Shown here in pieces: positions 19,012-27,041 of a stretch of 63,940 bases of DNA. This stretch comes from an uncultured Planctomycetia bacterium. Lineage in GTDB: Bacteria; Planctomycetota; UBA8108. Position 1 is the stretch's first letter. Each line of letters starts with the position of its first letter. The translations under genes were made by a program, and so were the position numbers. The notes beneath the pieces are model-generated. The model saw only the letters and a list, made by a program, of their open reading frames with translations, was not told the DNA's origin and did not search any database. The stretch spans positions 1 through 63,940 of the forward strand of contig CAYMRB010000003.1 of the NCBI GenBank assembly GCA_964392615.1, in the 5' to 3' direction.

Positions 19012-20310
19012 ATGTCCCACTCACTTCGAACGATTCCAGCGGCTCTTCTCTGTTGGTCGAGCCTGCTGCTCGTGGCCTCGGTTTCAGTCGCCCGGAGTCC
19101 GGAACCGACCAGCAGGGGCGATCGGCGCGATAAGGACGACGACTCGAAGAAGGGGGCGAAGGCGAAGGGCGGCACGGTCGAGCGACCGCTCTACCAGCAC
19201 GCGAACCTCGGACCGGAAGAGTGGGCGACATTGGCCGCGGTGGGGGATGGCGGTATCTGGATGTTCTCGACGACGCAGACGGCGTTGCGTCTTCGCGTCG
19301 ACGCGGGCGACGGAGGAGGTTTCTCGGATCCGAAAGCCGTTGTGGAGCAGCATGACCTCGACAAGTGGCAAGCGGAGAGCCTCACAGCGGTCGAGGCGCG
19401 GGCCGGCGACGACGGCACGTGCCACGTCATCCTCCAGATGATGCCGTTGGCCAGTACCAGTCGCACGTTCCGGTACGCCCCCTTTTCCCAAGGCGGCGAG
19501 AAGCAGCGTGACTGGGTCCAGCTGACCGAGGCCAGCGGCGTCATCCCGTACAGAATGCCGTCATTCGGCCCGCTTCCAACGGGCGACGTGTGGATCGAGT
19601 TGTACGGATATCACATGCGGGAACGAGCCGCGGTGTTCAGCGTGGGAGTGTTCGGAAAGAACGGACTCCGTTCGGTTGGCGGCGGGCCCTCTCTCGCAAG
19701 ACGCGAACGCCATTTCGTCGGTGTGGCTCCGACCAAGGCAAGAAGCCGTTTCCAGCTCCTGTACCATGACAATCTCGGCTTCTACTGGACGACGCTCACC
19801 GATACGAAGCCTGCCTCGGCGACCAAGCCTCGCAAGGGCATGTTTCTCCGGCGAGATACTCCGCTCTTCCACACGTCACGTCGAGGCGACGTCTATGTGC
19901 TGGGGTTCTACTCGACACGGCGCCTTCCCGGTCCCTCCAAGACGAAGCAGGAGCACTGGATCGGGCGCGGAAAGCCGGGGCGAGGTTTGCGCACGCTCAT
20001 CACCTTGCGTTCCGAAAACTGGCGGCCCTACCTGTGGCGATTCGTCGAGTCTCCCGACGGCGCCGTCTACCTGTTCGGCGTCGCCTCGGAGAAGCCGGTC
20101 AAGGGAGTGCGTCTTGCACAGCTTGTTCATTGGCGACTCGATGGCCGACGACCGGGCAAGGCGATTCGCGCGACCGTCGCACTGCCCACGAAGGAGGGGG
20201 AGAACTGCCTCGCACTCGCATTCCGAGGCGAGGACCGGCTGGTGGCTGCGTGGAGAGGGTACGGAGGCCTCATGACGTGCGAGCTGGACGTGAGTTCGTC
20301 GCAACGTTGA
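19012..20310 (+). CDS. Hypothetical secreted protein (432 aa)
   Basis: ORF 18820..20310 trimmed to ATG 19012 (MSHSLRTIPAALLCWSSLLLVASVSVARSPEP, a signal peptide). The longer ORF would read through element copy B. No family recognised. Confidence 0.6.
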   Translation: MSHSLRTIPAALLCWSSLLLVASVSVARSPEPTSRGDRRDKDDDSKKGAKAKGGTVERPLYQHANLGPEEWATLAAVGDGGIWMFSTTQTALRLRVDAGDGGGFSDPKAVVEQHDLDKWQAESLTAVEARAGDDGTCHVILQMMPLASTSRTFRYAPFSQGGEKQRDWVQLTEASGVIPYRMPSFGPLPTGDVWIELYGYHMRERAAVFSVGVFGKNGLRSVGGGPSLARRERHFVGVAPTKARSRFQLLYHDNLGFYWTTLTDTKPASATKPRKGMFLRRDTPLFHTSRRGDVYVLGFYSTRRLPGPSKTKQEHWIGRGKPGRGLRTLITLRSENWRPYLWRFVESPDGAVYLFGVASEKPVKGVRLAQLVHWRLDGRRPGKAIRATVALPTKEGENCLALAFRGEDRLVAAWRGYGGLMTCELDVSSSQR

Positions 20311-20345
20311 GAGAGCTGCTCCTCCCGGGCGTCGAGTGGCAAGCC

Positions 20346-20445
20346 GCCGCAACAGCCGCCTCAGCGCTGGCGATACGATTCGGCTCGCATCGCATCTATA
20401 GCACCGAACCCACCCCGTGACACCGCGGCCGCGGTCGGGCAGGAT
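20346..20445 (+). repeat. 100-nt extended repeat containing element copy C
   Basis: Same 57-nt block as 18834-18890, then a variable patch CCGAACCCA, then the core with GTGACA 20417-20422 (the next base is C instead of T) and CAGGAT 20440-20445. It starts 36 nt after the preceding stop and ends 60 nt before ATG 20506. Confidence 0.9.
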
Positions 20446-20505
20446 CGGGTGATTGCTCGCTCGTTCTCGAAGCACCGGGCGGATTCTCGTGGTTGAGGTC
20501 CCAGA

Positions 20506-21066
20506 ATGGACGATCCCTATCGTGCTCCGAAGAAGCGGTCCGGGAGAAGCCGCGCCGGCTCTGCCACCGGTATGCGTATGTCGGCTCCTGGCTTGCAGGC
20601 GGACAGCGTACCGGACCGGAACTACGCGACCGCCGTTCGACGGTACTTCTCAAGCTCTATCGACGTGCTTCTGGCCTTCGTGGTGGTCGGTATCCTCAGC
20701 GCCTGCGGTTTCCGCGAGGGCCGACTGGCGCTTGTTCCCCTCGGCTTCGTCGCGCTATACGCTCTCGTGTACGAGCCGGTTCTGACGAGCAAGCTCTGCA
20801 CGCTCGGCCAGCTGATCACCGGTATTCGAATTCGATACGACGAGCTGGAACTCGACCGGATCGGGATCGTCGACGCATACGTGCGCTACGCGGCGAAGTA
20901 CTTCCTTGGTGTCCTCTCCATACTGATCATCGCGTTCAATCCGAAGGGCAAGGCGATTCACGACCTGTTCGTCGGCTCCGTGGTCCTGCGGCGGAGGGGC
21001 GCATGGCGTTGGCTACCGACGCGGGCTCCCGATGGAGAACGCTCGGCCAGGGACAGCTCCTCGTGA
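20506..21066 (+). CDS. RDD-family membrane protein
   Basis: 186 aa with GAGG 7 nt upstream of the ATG. TM helices IDVLLAFVVVGILSACGF, LALVPLGFVALYALVY and YFLGVLSILIIAF. C-terminal HDLFVGSVVL motif typical of RDD proteins. Confidence 0.75.
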   Translation: MDDPYRAPKKRSGRSRAGSATGMRMSAPGLQADSVPDRNYATAVRRYFSSSIDVLLAFVVVGILSACGFREGRLALVPLGFVALYALVYEPVLTSKLCTLGQLITGIRIRYDELELDRIGIVDAYVRYAAKYFLGVLSILIIAFNPKGKAIHDLFVGSVVLRRRGAWRWLPTRAPDGERSARDSSS

Positions 21067-21117
21067 TGCCGAACGTGCAGCGAGTCGCGAGGTCCGTCGC
21101 TTTCTGCGATCGGCCAC

Positions 21118-21147
21118 CCGTGACATCGCGGCCGTGGCGGGCAGGAT
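21118..21147 (+). promoter_or_regulatory. Conserved element copy D (16-nt spacer variant)
   Basis: CCGTGACATCGCGGCCGTGGCGGGCAGGAT. GTGACA at 21120-21125, CAGGAT at 21142-21147. One base is missing from the spacer. It lies upstream of the beta-propeller gene. Confidence 0.5.
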
Positions 21148-21304
21148 TGGGGAGTGTGGCTCGAGGCCGCTTCACACACGCTGGTAGGACGGTCCAGCCC
21201 GCCCGCACCTTGCGGTTTGCGGGTCGCGGTGCGATTCGGTAGTCTGAGCGGACGTGGATTGCAGGCCCCAGTTCAGCCTTCCCTTCGCGATTGGAGAATT
21301 CAAA

Positions 21305-22582
21305 GTGCTCTGTAGTCGTGTGCAAGTCGCGCTCTGTCTCGGCCTTGTGTTGTCGTGTTCACTTGCCCTGGGCGAGGAGTGGACCCAGTTCCGCGGGTCC
21401 GACTACGGGCGGACGGCCGAGACGCAGGTCAACCCGGTGTGGGACGCGTCGACGGTCGCCTGGAAGACACCGCTGCCGGGCCGCGGCGCGTCGAGCCCCG
21501 TGTTGTTCGGTGATGTGGTCTACCTGACCGCTTACACCGGTTATGGCTCGACCCGCGGGAATCCCGGCAACGAGAGCGATCTCGAGCGTCACCTGTTCTG
21601 CATTTCGGTGGCCGACGGGAACGTCGTCTGGACGAAGGCCGTGCCGACCACGTCGCCAAAGAACCCGTACAACACCTGGGGCGTTGGCAGGCACGGCTTC
21701 GCCTCGAGTACGCCCGCCGTCGACAGGACCGGCATCTACGTCTTCTTCGGCGCTACCGGCGCGCTGGCGTTCAGCCACTCGGGCAAGGAGCTGTGGCGAA
21801 CCGACTGCGGCAAGGGAGTGCATGTGTTCGGGGCGAGCAACTCGCCCGTGCTCTACAAGGACACTGTGATCATCAATGCCAGTGTCGAGAGCGGCGATCT
21901 GATCGCGCTGAAGAAATCGGATGGCAGCGTCGTGTGGCGCCAGTCGGGGATCGACCAGTCGTGGAGCACGCCGGTGATCTACTCGGCGCTCGGCGGCAAG
22001 ACGGAGTTGGCCCTGTCGATGAAAGGCAAGATCCTGGCCTTCAACCCGGACTCGGGCGAGCCGATCTGGAACTGCGCGGGGATCGGCGACTACATCTGCC
22101 CGACTGTCACCGTGCAGGACGGAGTGCTCTACGCCATCGGCGGCCGATCGAACAAGACGATCGCGGTCCGCTCGGGCGGCAAGGGGGACGTCACCGAGTC
22201 GCACATCATCTGGCGGATCAGCAAGGGCTCGAACGTCTGCTCGCCCGTGTTCCATGACGGCCATCTCTACTGGAGCAAAGAGCAGAACGGCATTCTCTAC
22301 TGCGCCGATGCCAAGACGGGCGAGATCAAGTATGAGCAGCGACTGACTCCGGAGTCGGGGCTGATCTACGCCTCGCCCCTGCTGGCCAGCGGTCGGCTCT
22401 ACTTTTTGAGCCGCGAGAAGGGAATCTATGTGGTGGCGGCGAAGCCGCAGTTCGAGTTGCTCTCACACACCAGGATCGAAGGAGACGACTCGATCTTCAA
22501 CGCGTCGCCTGTTCCCCTACCCGGCGGAGCCGTGCTGCTTCGCAGCGATAAGAATCTCTACCGGATGAAGCCGGCCGGCTGA
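21305..22582 (+). CDS. PQQ-like/BamB-like beta-propeller repeat protein, secreted
   Basis: ORF 21254..22582. The preferred start is GTG 21305, with GGAG 8 nt upstream, giving signal peptide VLCSRVQVALCLGLVLSCSLALG. Repeated blades are visible (VVWTKAV, ELWRTDCG, VVWRQSG, PIWNCAG, IIWRISKG, HLYWSKE). Confidence 0.8.
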   Translation: MLCSRVQVALCLGLVLSCSLALGEEWTQFRGSDYGRTAETQVNPVWDASTVAWKTPLPGRGASSPVLFGDVVYLTAYTGYGSTRGNPGNESDLERHLFCISVADGNVVWTKAVPTTSPKNPYNTWGVGRHGFASSTPAVDRTGIYVFFGATGALAFSHSGKELWRTDCGKGVHVFGASNSPVLYKDTVIINASVESGDLIALKKSDGSVVWRQSGIDQSWSTPVIYSALGGKTELALSMKGKILAFNPDSGEPIWNCAGIGDYICPTVTVQDGVLYAIGGRSNKTIAVRSGGKGDVTESHIIWRISKGSNVCSPVFHDGHLYWSKEQNGILYCADAKTGEIKYEQRLTPESGLIYASPLLASGRLYFLSREKGIYVVAAKPQFELLSHTRIEGDDSIFNASPVPLPGGAVLLRSDKNLYRMKPAG

Positions 22583-22589
22583 GCCGACC

Positions 22590-23155
22590 TGCGGAATTCC
22601 GGAGTCTTGCGGCGCGTTCTTGGCCACAGACGCTGCGCGCCTTTCACGAGTACGGGACGATCCGCTCGCCCTTTTTCGTGAAGTCGGGATTCATGCAGCG
22701 CAGCCTCAGGAATCCGTAGTACGGATCGCCGCAGCGCACGTAGCGCTGCAAGAGATCGACGACGCGTGCCTGCCAGTGCCCTGGGACGATCGCGTTCGCG
22801 AGCACGCGGCTCGGGCGCGTCTCGATCTCTCGCCGGGCTGAGTCGAGCCGGCCGTGGATCGCGACGGCTGGTTCGAGCCGCGAGGCGAGCTCGCTGTCCG
22901 CCAACTCGACAAGGCGCACAGTGCGCTACGGCTCGGCCGAGCGCACGGGCATCGGAAGGCTCGGTGCCCGCAAGGCGAGCGAGCGGTAGGGCGCCGGGTC
23001 CGATCGCTGGATCTCTACCCAACGCTCCAGCGCCGCGGACACCTCGATGTTGATGCGTGCCCTCTCGCTGTCGGCGATGCGGCTCTCACCGCTCTCGAAG
23101 CGGGCCTCGGGGCGGTCCCGATCGGCGATGACGGCGAAGTACGAGCCCCAGCGCA
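22590..23155 (-). pseudogene. Relic of an IS91-family (Y2) transposase N-terminal region
   Basis: The minus frame reads ...GHWQARVVDLLQRYVRCGDPYYGFLRLRCMNPDFTKKGERIVPYS*KARSVCGQ. This is comparable to the IS91-type zinc-binding region (YLxCG..GFARVRCxxC....FSCKxRxFCPSC). There is an in-frame TGA at 22644-22646 and an in-frame TAG at 22926-22928. Cys codons are lost and no catalytic domain remains. Confidence 0.45.
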
Positions 23156-23423
23156 GGATTCCTCAGTCTACAGCATCAGTGTTACTGCCTCGACCCGAAC
23201 GGCGATATACTCTTCCAAGGGCCGCCAGCCTGGAGTTTCTCCCATGATGCCGATCCACTCGATACTCGTCCTGGTTGCATTACCGTGCCTGCCAGCTGCG
23301 CCGGATCAGCTCGTTCTACAGACCTCAGCTGAAGGTGACGAGCGGCTTCCCGTCCCGGTTCCTCTCGCTCGGAAGGAAGCCGAGAAGCTCGTTCGTCAGC
23401 TTTTCAAGGACGAATACGCTAAG

Positions 23424-23446
23424 GCGTTGTCAGAAAATAAGTGAGC
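23424..23446. repeat. IS terminal inverted repeat (left)
   Basis: GCGTTGTCAGAAAATAAGTGAGC, the exact reverse complement of 24684-24706. Confidence 0.9.
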
Positions 23447-23454
23447 CGATCCGA

Positions 23455-24654
23455 CTACGGGCGAATCGTGTAGTTCCAGTCACCATGGAACGCGTTCGGT
23501 TTAATTTTGATCTCTGCCATTTGGTCGTCGGTGACCTTCACACCCTTTGGGTAATTCCGCTTGTCGAGTTCGCATCGAACACGAAGGCCCGCTTCAGTTT
23601 TCGTCGAAGCGATCAGGCTTACGATGGTGGCGAGACTCGCCAGAGGTTTCCCGCGCCAGTTGCTGGTGATGTACGAGAACAATCGGTGTTCGATCTTGTT
23701 CCACTTACTTGTTCCCGGCGGGAAGTGAGACACGGTGATCACAAGATTGATCTCGGTTGCGAGTCGCTGCAACTCCCACTTCCAGAGTCGAACTCGAGAG
23801 CCGTTGCTGCCGCCGCCGTCCGCGGTGATCAGCAGAGAGCGAGCCTTCGGGTAGCGACGAGCTCCCATCTTCTTCCACCACCTCTCGATCGTCCGGACCG
23901 CGAAGCTTGAGGTGTCGTGGTTGACTCCGACGCTCACCCAGCCCGCGTTCCGGGTCAGGTCGTAGACGCCGTACGGAATCGCCTTGCCTTGCTCCGGAAT
24001 CATGAAGTCGTGCACTCGTACGGGCTCTGCGTTTCCCTTGGGACGCCACGTTCTACCGGCGTTCTTGAAGTCTCCGACAAGTTCCTTCTTCTTCGTGTCG
24101 ACCGAAATCACGGGCCTTCGTCCGCGTTGGAAACGGTGGACCTCATCGTTGATGAAGCGAAACTGGGCATCACGATCCGGGTGGTTCGATCCTTCACGTG
24201 TTTTCCGGTTCGCTTGCAAGCTGTACCCGGCGAGGTAGAGAAGTTCCGCTACGAGCTGGTGACTAACCGAGTGTCCCATCGCCCTCAGCTCACCGGCGAG
24301 GTTGCGTACACTCTTCGACATCCAGCGAAGCGGCGACTGAGGGTCGCCCGACGCACTCGGCTCAACGAGTCCTTCAAGGTCGACGAGCAAGGTGGAATCT
24401 TTGTCGATCGCCCGCTTACGACCTGCGCCGTGACGACGAACACGATCGGAGTCTGCGATTTCTCCGGTGTCGAGTTCCTTCAATCCACGCTTGATGGTCG
24501 AGATCGAGATCCCCGTCGCCCGCGATACAGCCACGATGCCTCCGTGACCGAATGCCCTGGCCTCGGTGGCAGCCCATGCTCGCCGCGCTCGCTCGTTCAG
24601 TGCGGGCGCCAAGGCTTCGAACTTGGCCCTGATGATGCCGATATCATCGCCCAT
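23455..24654 (-). CDS. ISAzo13-family DDE transposase (Rhodopirellula-type)
   Basis: 399 aa, uninterrupted. Motifs read by eye: HPDRDAQFRFIN, ISVDTKKKELVGDFKNAGR, IPYGVYD, LLITADGGGSNGSRVRLWKWELQ, VSHFPPGTSKWNKIEHRLFS. Confidence 0.88.
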   Translation of the reverse strand: MGDDIGIIRAKFEALAPALNERARRAWAATEARAFGHGGIVAVSRATGISISTIKRGLKELDTGEIADSDRVRRHGAGRKRAIDKDSTLLVDLEGLVEPSASGDPQSPLRWMSKSVRNLAGELRAMGHSVSHQLVAELLYLAGYSLQANRKTREGSNHPDRDAQFRFINDEVHRFQRGRRPVISVDTKKKELVGDFKNAGRTWRPKGNAEPVRVHDFMIPEQGKAIPYGVYDLTRNAGWVSVGVNHDTSSFAVRTIERWWKKMGARRYPKARSLLITADGGGSNGSRVRLWKWELQRLATEINLVITVSHFPPGTSKWNKIEHRLFSYITSNWRGKPLASLATIVSLIASTKTEAGLRVRCELDKRNYPKGVKVTDDQMAEIKIKPNAFHGDWNYTIRP

Positions 24655-24683
24655 GCCTCCTTATCGGCATGTCACTCGAAACA

Positions 24684-24706
24684 GCTCACTTATTTTCTGA
24701 CAACGC
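24684..24706. repeat. IS terminal inverted repeat (right)
   Basis: GCTCACTTATTTTCTGACAACGC, the reverse complement of 23424-23446. Confidence 0.9.
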
Positions 24707-26235
24707 CTAAGAAGGCGGCGGAGGACCGCAGCAGCCTGGCGCAGAAATTGTACGATCTCGCTGCGGCGGAGGGGAATGACCCGGCTCGTTGCTACGTTGT
24801 TCTGCGGAATGCCCGGGACCTTGCGGCACAGGCCGGCGAGCCGGCCCTCGCCCTGAAGGCAGCTGACGGTATCGCCTCACGTTTTCGCGTCGACGGCCTG
24901 GCTTTGCGCCTGGAGACTCTTGGTCGCGTCCGGAGAGCGGTCAAGAAAGCCGAGGACGCAAGAGAGCTGACGGCGCTCTACCTCGATCTTGCCGACGCGG
25001 CAGTGGATGAAGATCGATTCGAGACAGCAAGCGAGGCGTTGGCTGCGGCGGCGACGGTGTCGCGGAAGGCGAGGGATCGGGCGTTAAGCGCTCACGTGAA
25101 AACGAGGAAAGATGAAGTCAAGACAATCCGTACGGAGTTCAAGCGGATTCTCCCGAGAGTTGCCGCGCTCGCTAACGACCCGGATGACCCCGAAGCGAAT
25201 CTCACCTTCGGCCGCTTTCTTTGCGTATTCAAGAGGAGCTGGAATCGTGGTTTACCCCTGTTGAGGAAGGGCGCTGATTCTGAGCTGAGATCGCTGGCCG
25301 ATCGGGATCTGGAACAGCCCGAGGACGCTGGGCAACAGATGGGACTTGGAGATGCGTGGTGGGAGCTGGCCCAGAAGAGCGACAAGGCGACGAGGCGAAG
25401 CTGGGAAGAGCGTGCAGCCTACTGGTATGAGCGAGTGCTGCCAACGCTTCAGGGGTTGGATCGACAGCGGATAGTGAAACGCCTGTCCGAGTTGACTCCG
25501 AGAGGCTGGCCCCACGTGTTTGAAGGCGTTCTCTTGGTGCTGACCTTCGACAGGAAGACGGTATTCAGTCGGTCCGGAGGCGTCTACGCGAGGGACCTAA
25601 GTGGGCTAGGAAACGACGGCCGCATCCTGGGGAATGCGAGAGCGACGACCGGAGCCGCCGGAGCTGCTGTCAGATTCGATGGAACGGACGATGCCATTCT
25701 GATAGAGGGATTTCGTGAGCACCTGATCAAGAACCTCACGTCTTTCAGCCTGTCAGTGTGGGTGAAATCCGGCCAGAAGTCGGAATCCGGTACCGTCTTT
25801 GACGTGGGCCATTTCGCTGGCACGAGTCTCTCGCTGGTCGAGGCGAACGGTGAGTGGGACTTCAGCATTCCGTTCTACCCGACCGGGCAAGCGGTATCGG
25901 CCGGAAGCGTCGCAACCGGCTGGCATCACTTGGCGTGCACGTGGAGAACCGAGGAGCAGAGGATCTATCTGGACGGCGTCTTGAAGGAGGCGAGAAAGCC
26001 GACTCGGATCGTCTTGAACTCCGAGAGCATCGATAACTACGCTGCACGGATAGGTGGCAGGGCGAAGACAGCCAAGAGGGCGCTACGGTATTACAAGGGC
26101 CTCATTGACGAGGTCGCGGTTTGGGGGCGCGCTCTCAGTCAGGCAGACGTGACGGCGTTGTACCTCCGTGGATTGAGTGGGCAGTCGCTGAAGTAGCAGA
26201 CTCGACCACAGTGGCGGCTTGATGTCGGCGGCTTC

Positions 26236-26266
26236 CCGTGACATCGCGGCCGCGGTCGGGCAGGAT
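26236..26266 (+). promoter_or_regulatory. Conserved element copy E
   Basis: CCGTGACATCGCGGCCGCGGTCGGGCAGGAT, an exact consensus copy. GTGACA at 26238-26243, CAGGAT at 26261-26266. It starts 39 nt after the LamG stop. A Tat-signal-like ORF fragment follows. Confidence 0.5.
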
Positions 26267-26998
26267 GCGGGGCAGCTCGAGAGTGACCTCGTGGCCGCGG
26301 TCCGATACCACAGAAACGAAGGGCTCGCCTCGGTGCAAGACGCCGCCGATTCCTCCGGAGGCCCATCGCCTTCCCGCAGGGCATTGCTCAAGGCAGGCCT
26401 CGGCGTCGCGGGGCTCGCGGCGGTGTCGGGGGGCAGCCGCCTGCTGCTCCGCAGCAATCGCTGGGAGGACAACGACAGCTATTGGGTCAGACACGCGGCA
26501 GAACGAACGGATCGCCCGGCGGAGCCCGGCACCTGTACCCGGTTCTCCAGAGGGTCCTGCGTCGCTTGCACCCCGAGTTCGGCGGCAGGCGCCGCGCGGC
26601 CGCGCTCACCGGGTGTGTCCTCGCCTTGGCGGGAGTCGCGCTGCACTTCTGGATCTGGCGCTTCGGCCATTTGCGCCAGACCTGGCCCCACCGCTCCCCC
26701 TACTTCGGAACCTCCCAGAACTCCGGGTCCCAGAACCGGAAGAGGACGTTGCCGCGGACACCTCCCACGATCTTCCGGACCGCACGAATGTCAAGTCAAC
26801 AACTCCAGCGATGACCACGCATAGTTCAACCAGGCTACTCCGGACCGACAACCGGGGAATCTCTCCAAGACCAGAGGAACACGAGGCCGGCGTCGATCTC
26901 GCCATTCAGGTAGATGGTCGAAACATCAACATGTTCCTGTTCGTACTGCTCGGTGCGTTGGGCCACGCGATATACCTCTGAGCGCGTCAGGACCTCGC

Positions 26999-27029
26999 GC
27001 GTGACATCGCGGTCGCGGTCGGGCAGGAG
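26999..27029 (+). promoter_or_regulatory. Conserved element copy F (degenerate -10, no downstream plus-strand gene)
   Basis: GCGTGACATCGCGGTCGCGGTCGGGCAGGAG. GTGACA at 27001-27006; CAGGAG at 27024-27029, where the final T is lost. It ends 12 nt before the GH92 stop codon, which is on the opposite strand. Confidence 0.4.
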
Positions 27030-27041
27030 CAATGACGTGGT

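Larger units (their letters stand above)
23424..24706 (-). mobile_element. ISAzo13-family insertion sequence (about 1283 bp), apparently intact
   Basis: Perfect 23-bp terminal inverted repeats GCGTTGTCAGAAAATAAGTGAGC. Flanking direct repeat CTAAG at 23419-23423 and 24707-24711. An alternative reading gives a 24-bp IR with a TAA duplication. Single transposase ORF. GC is visibly lower than the surroundings. Confidence 0.85.
23244..26196 (+). pseudogene. LamG/concanavalin-like secreted protein gene disrupted by an IS insertion
   Basis: Part 1, 23244-23423: MMPIHSILVLVALPCLPAAP...FKDEYAK. Part 2, 24712-26196: KAAEDRSSLAQKLY...GLIDEVAVWGRALSQADVTAL. Removing the IS plus one target-duplication copy restores one 555-codon frame (180 + 1485 nt). 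The C-terminal LamG signature is present. Confidence 0.8.

Noticed and set aside
17830-21147. Integron-like cassette array: repeat-gene-repeat-gene, all co-oriented, with unrelated cargo.
   Set aside because: No integron integrase gene is present. The repeats lack attC features (R''/R' RYYYAAC...GTTRRRY boxes and extended imperfect symmetry). The repeat lies upstream of each gene with promoter-like hexamers, whereas integron cassettes are promoterless and carry attC at the 3' end.
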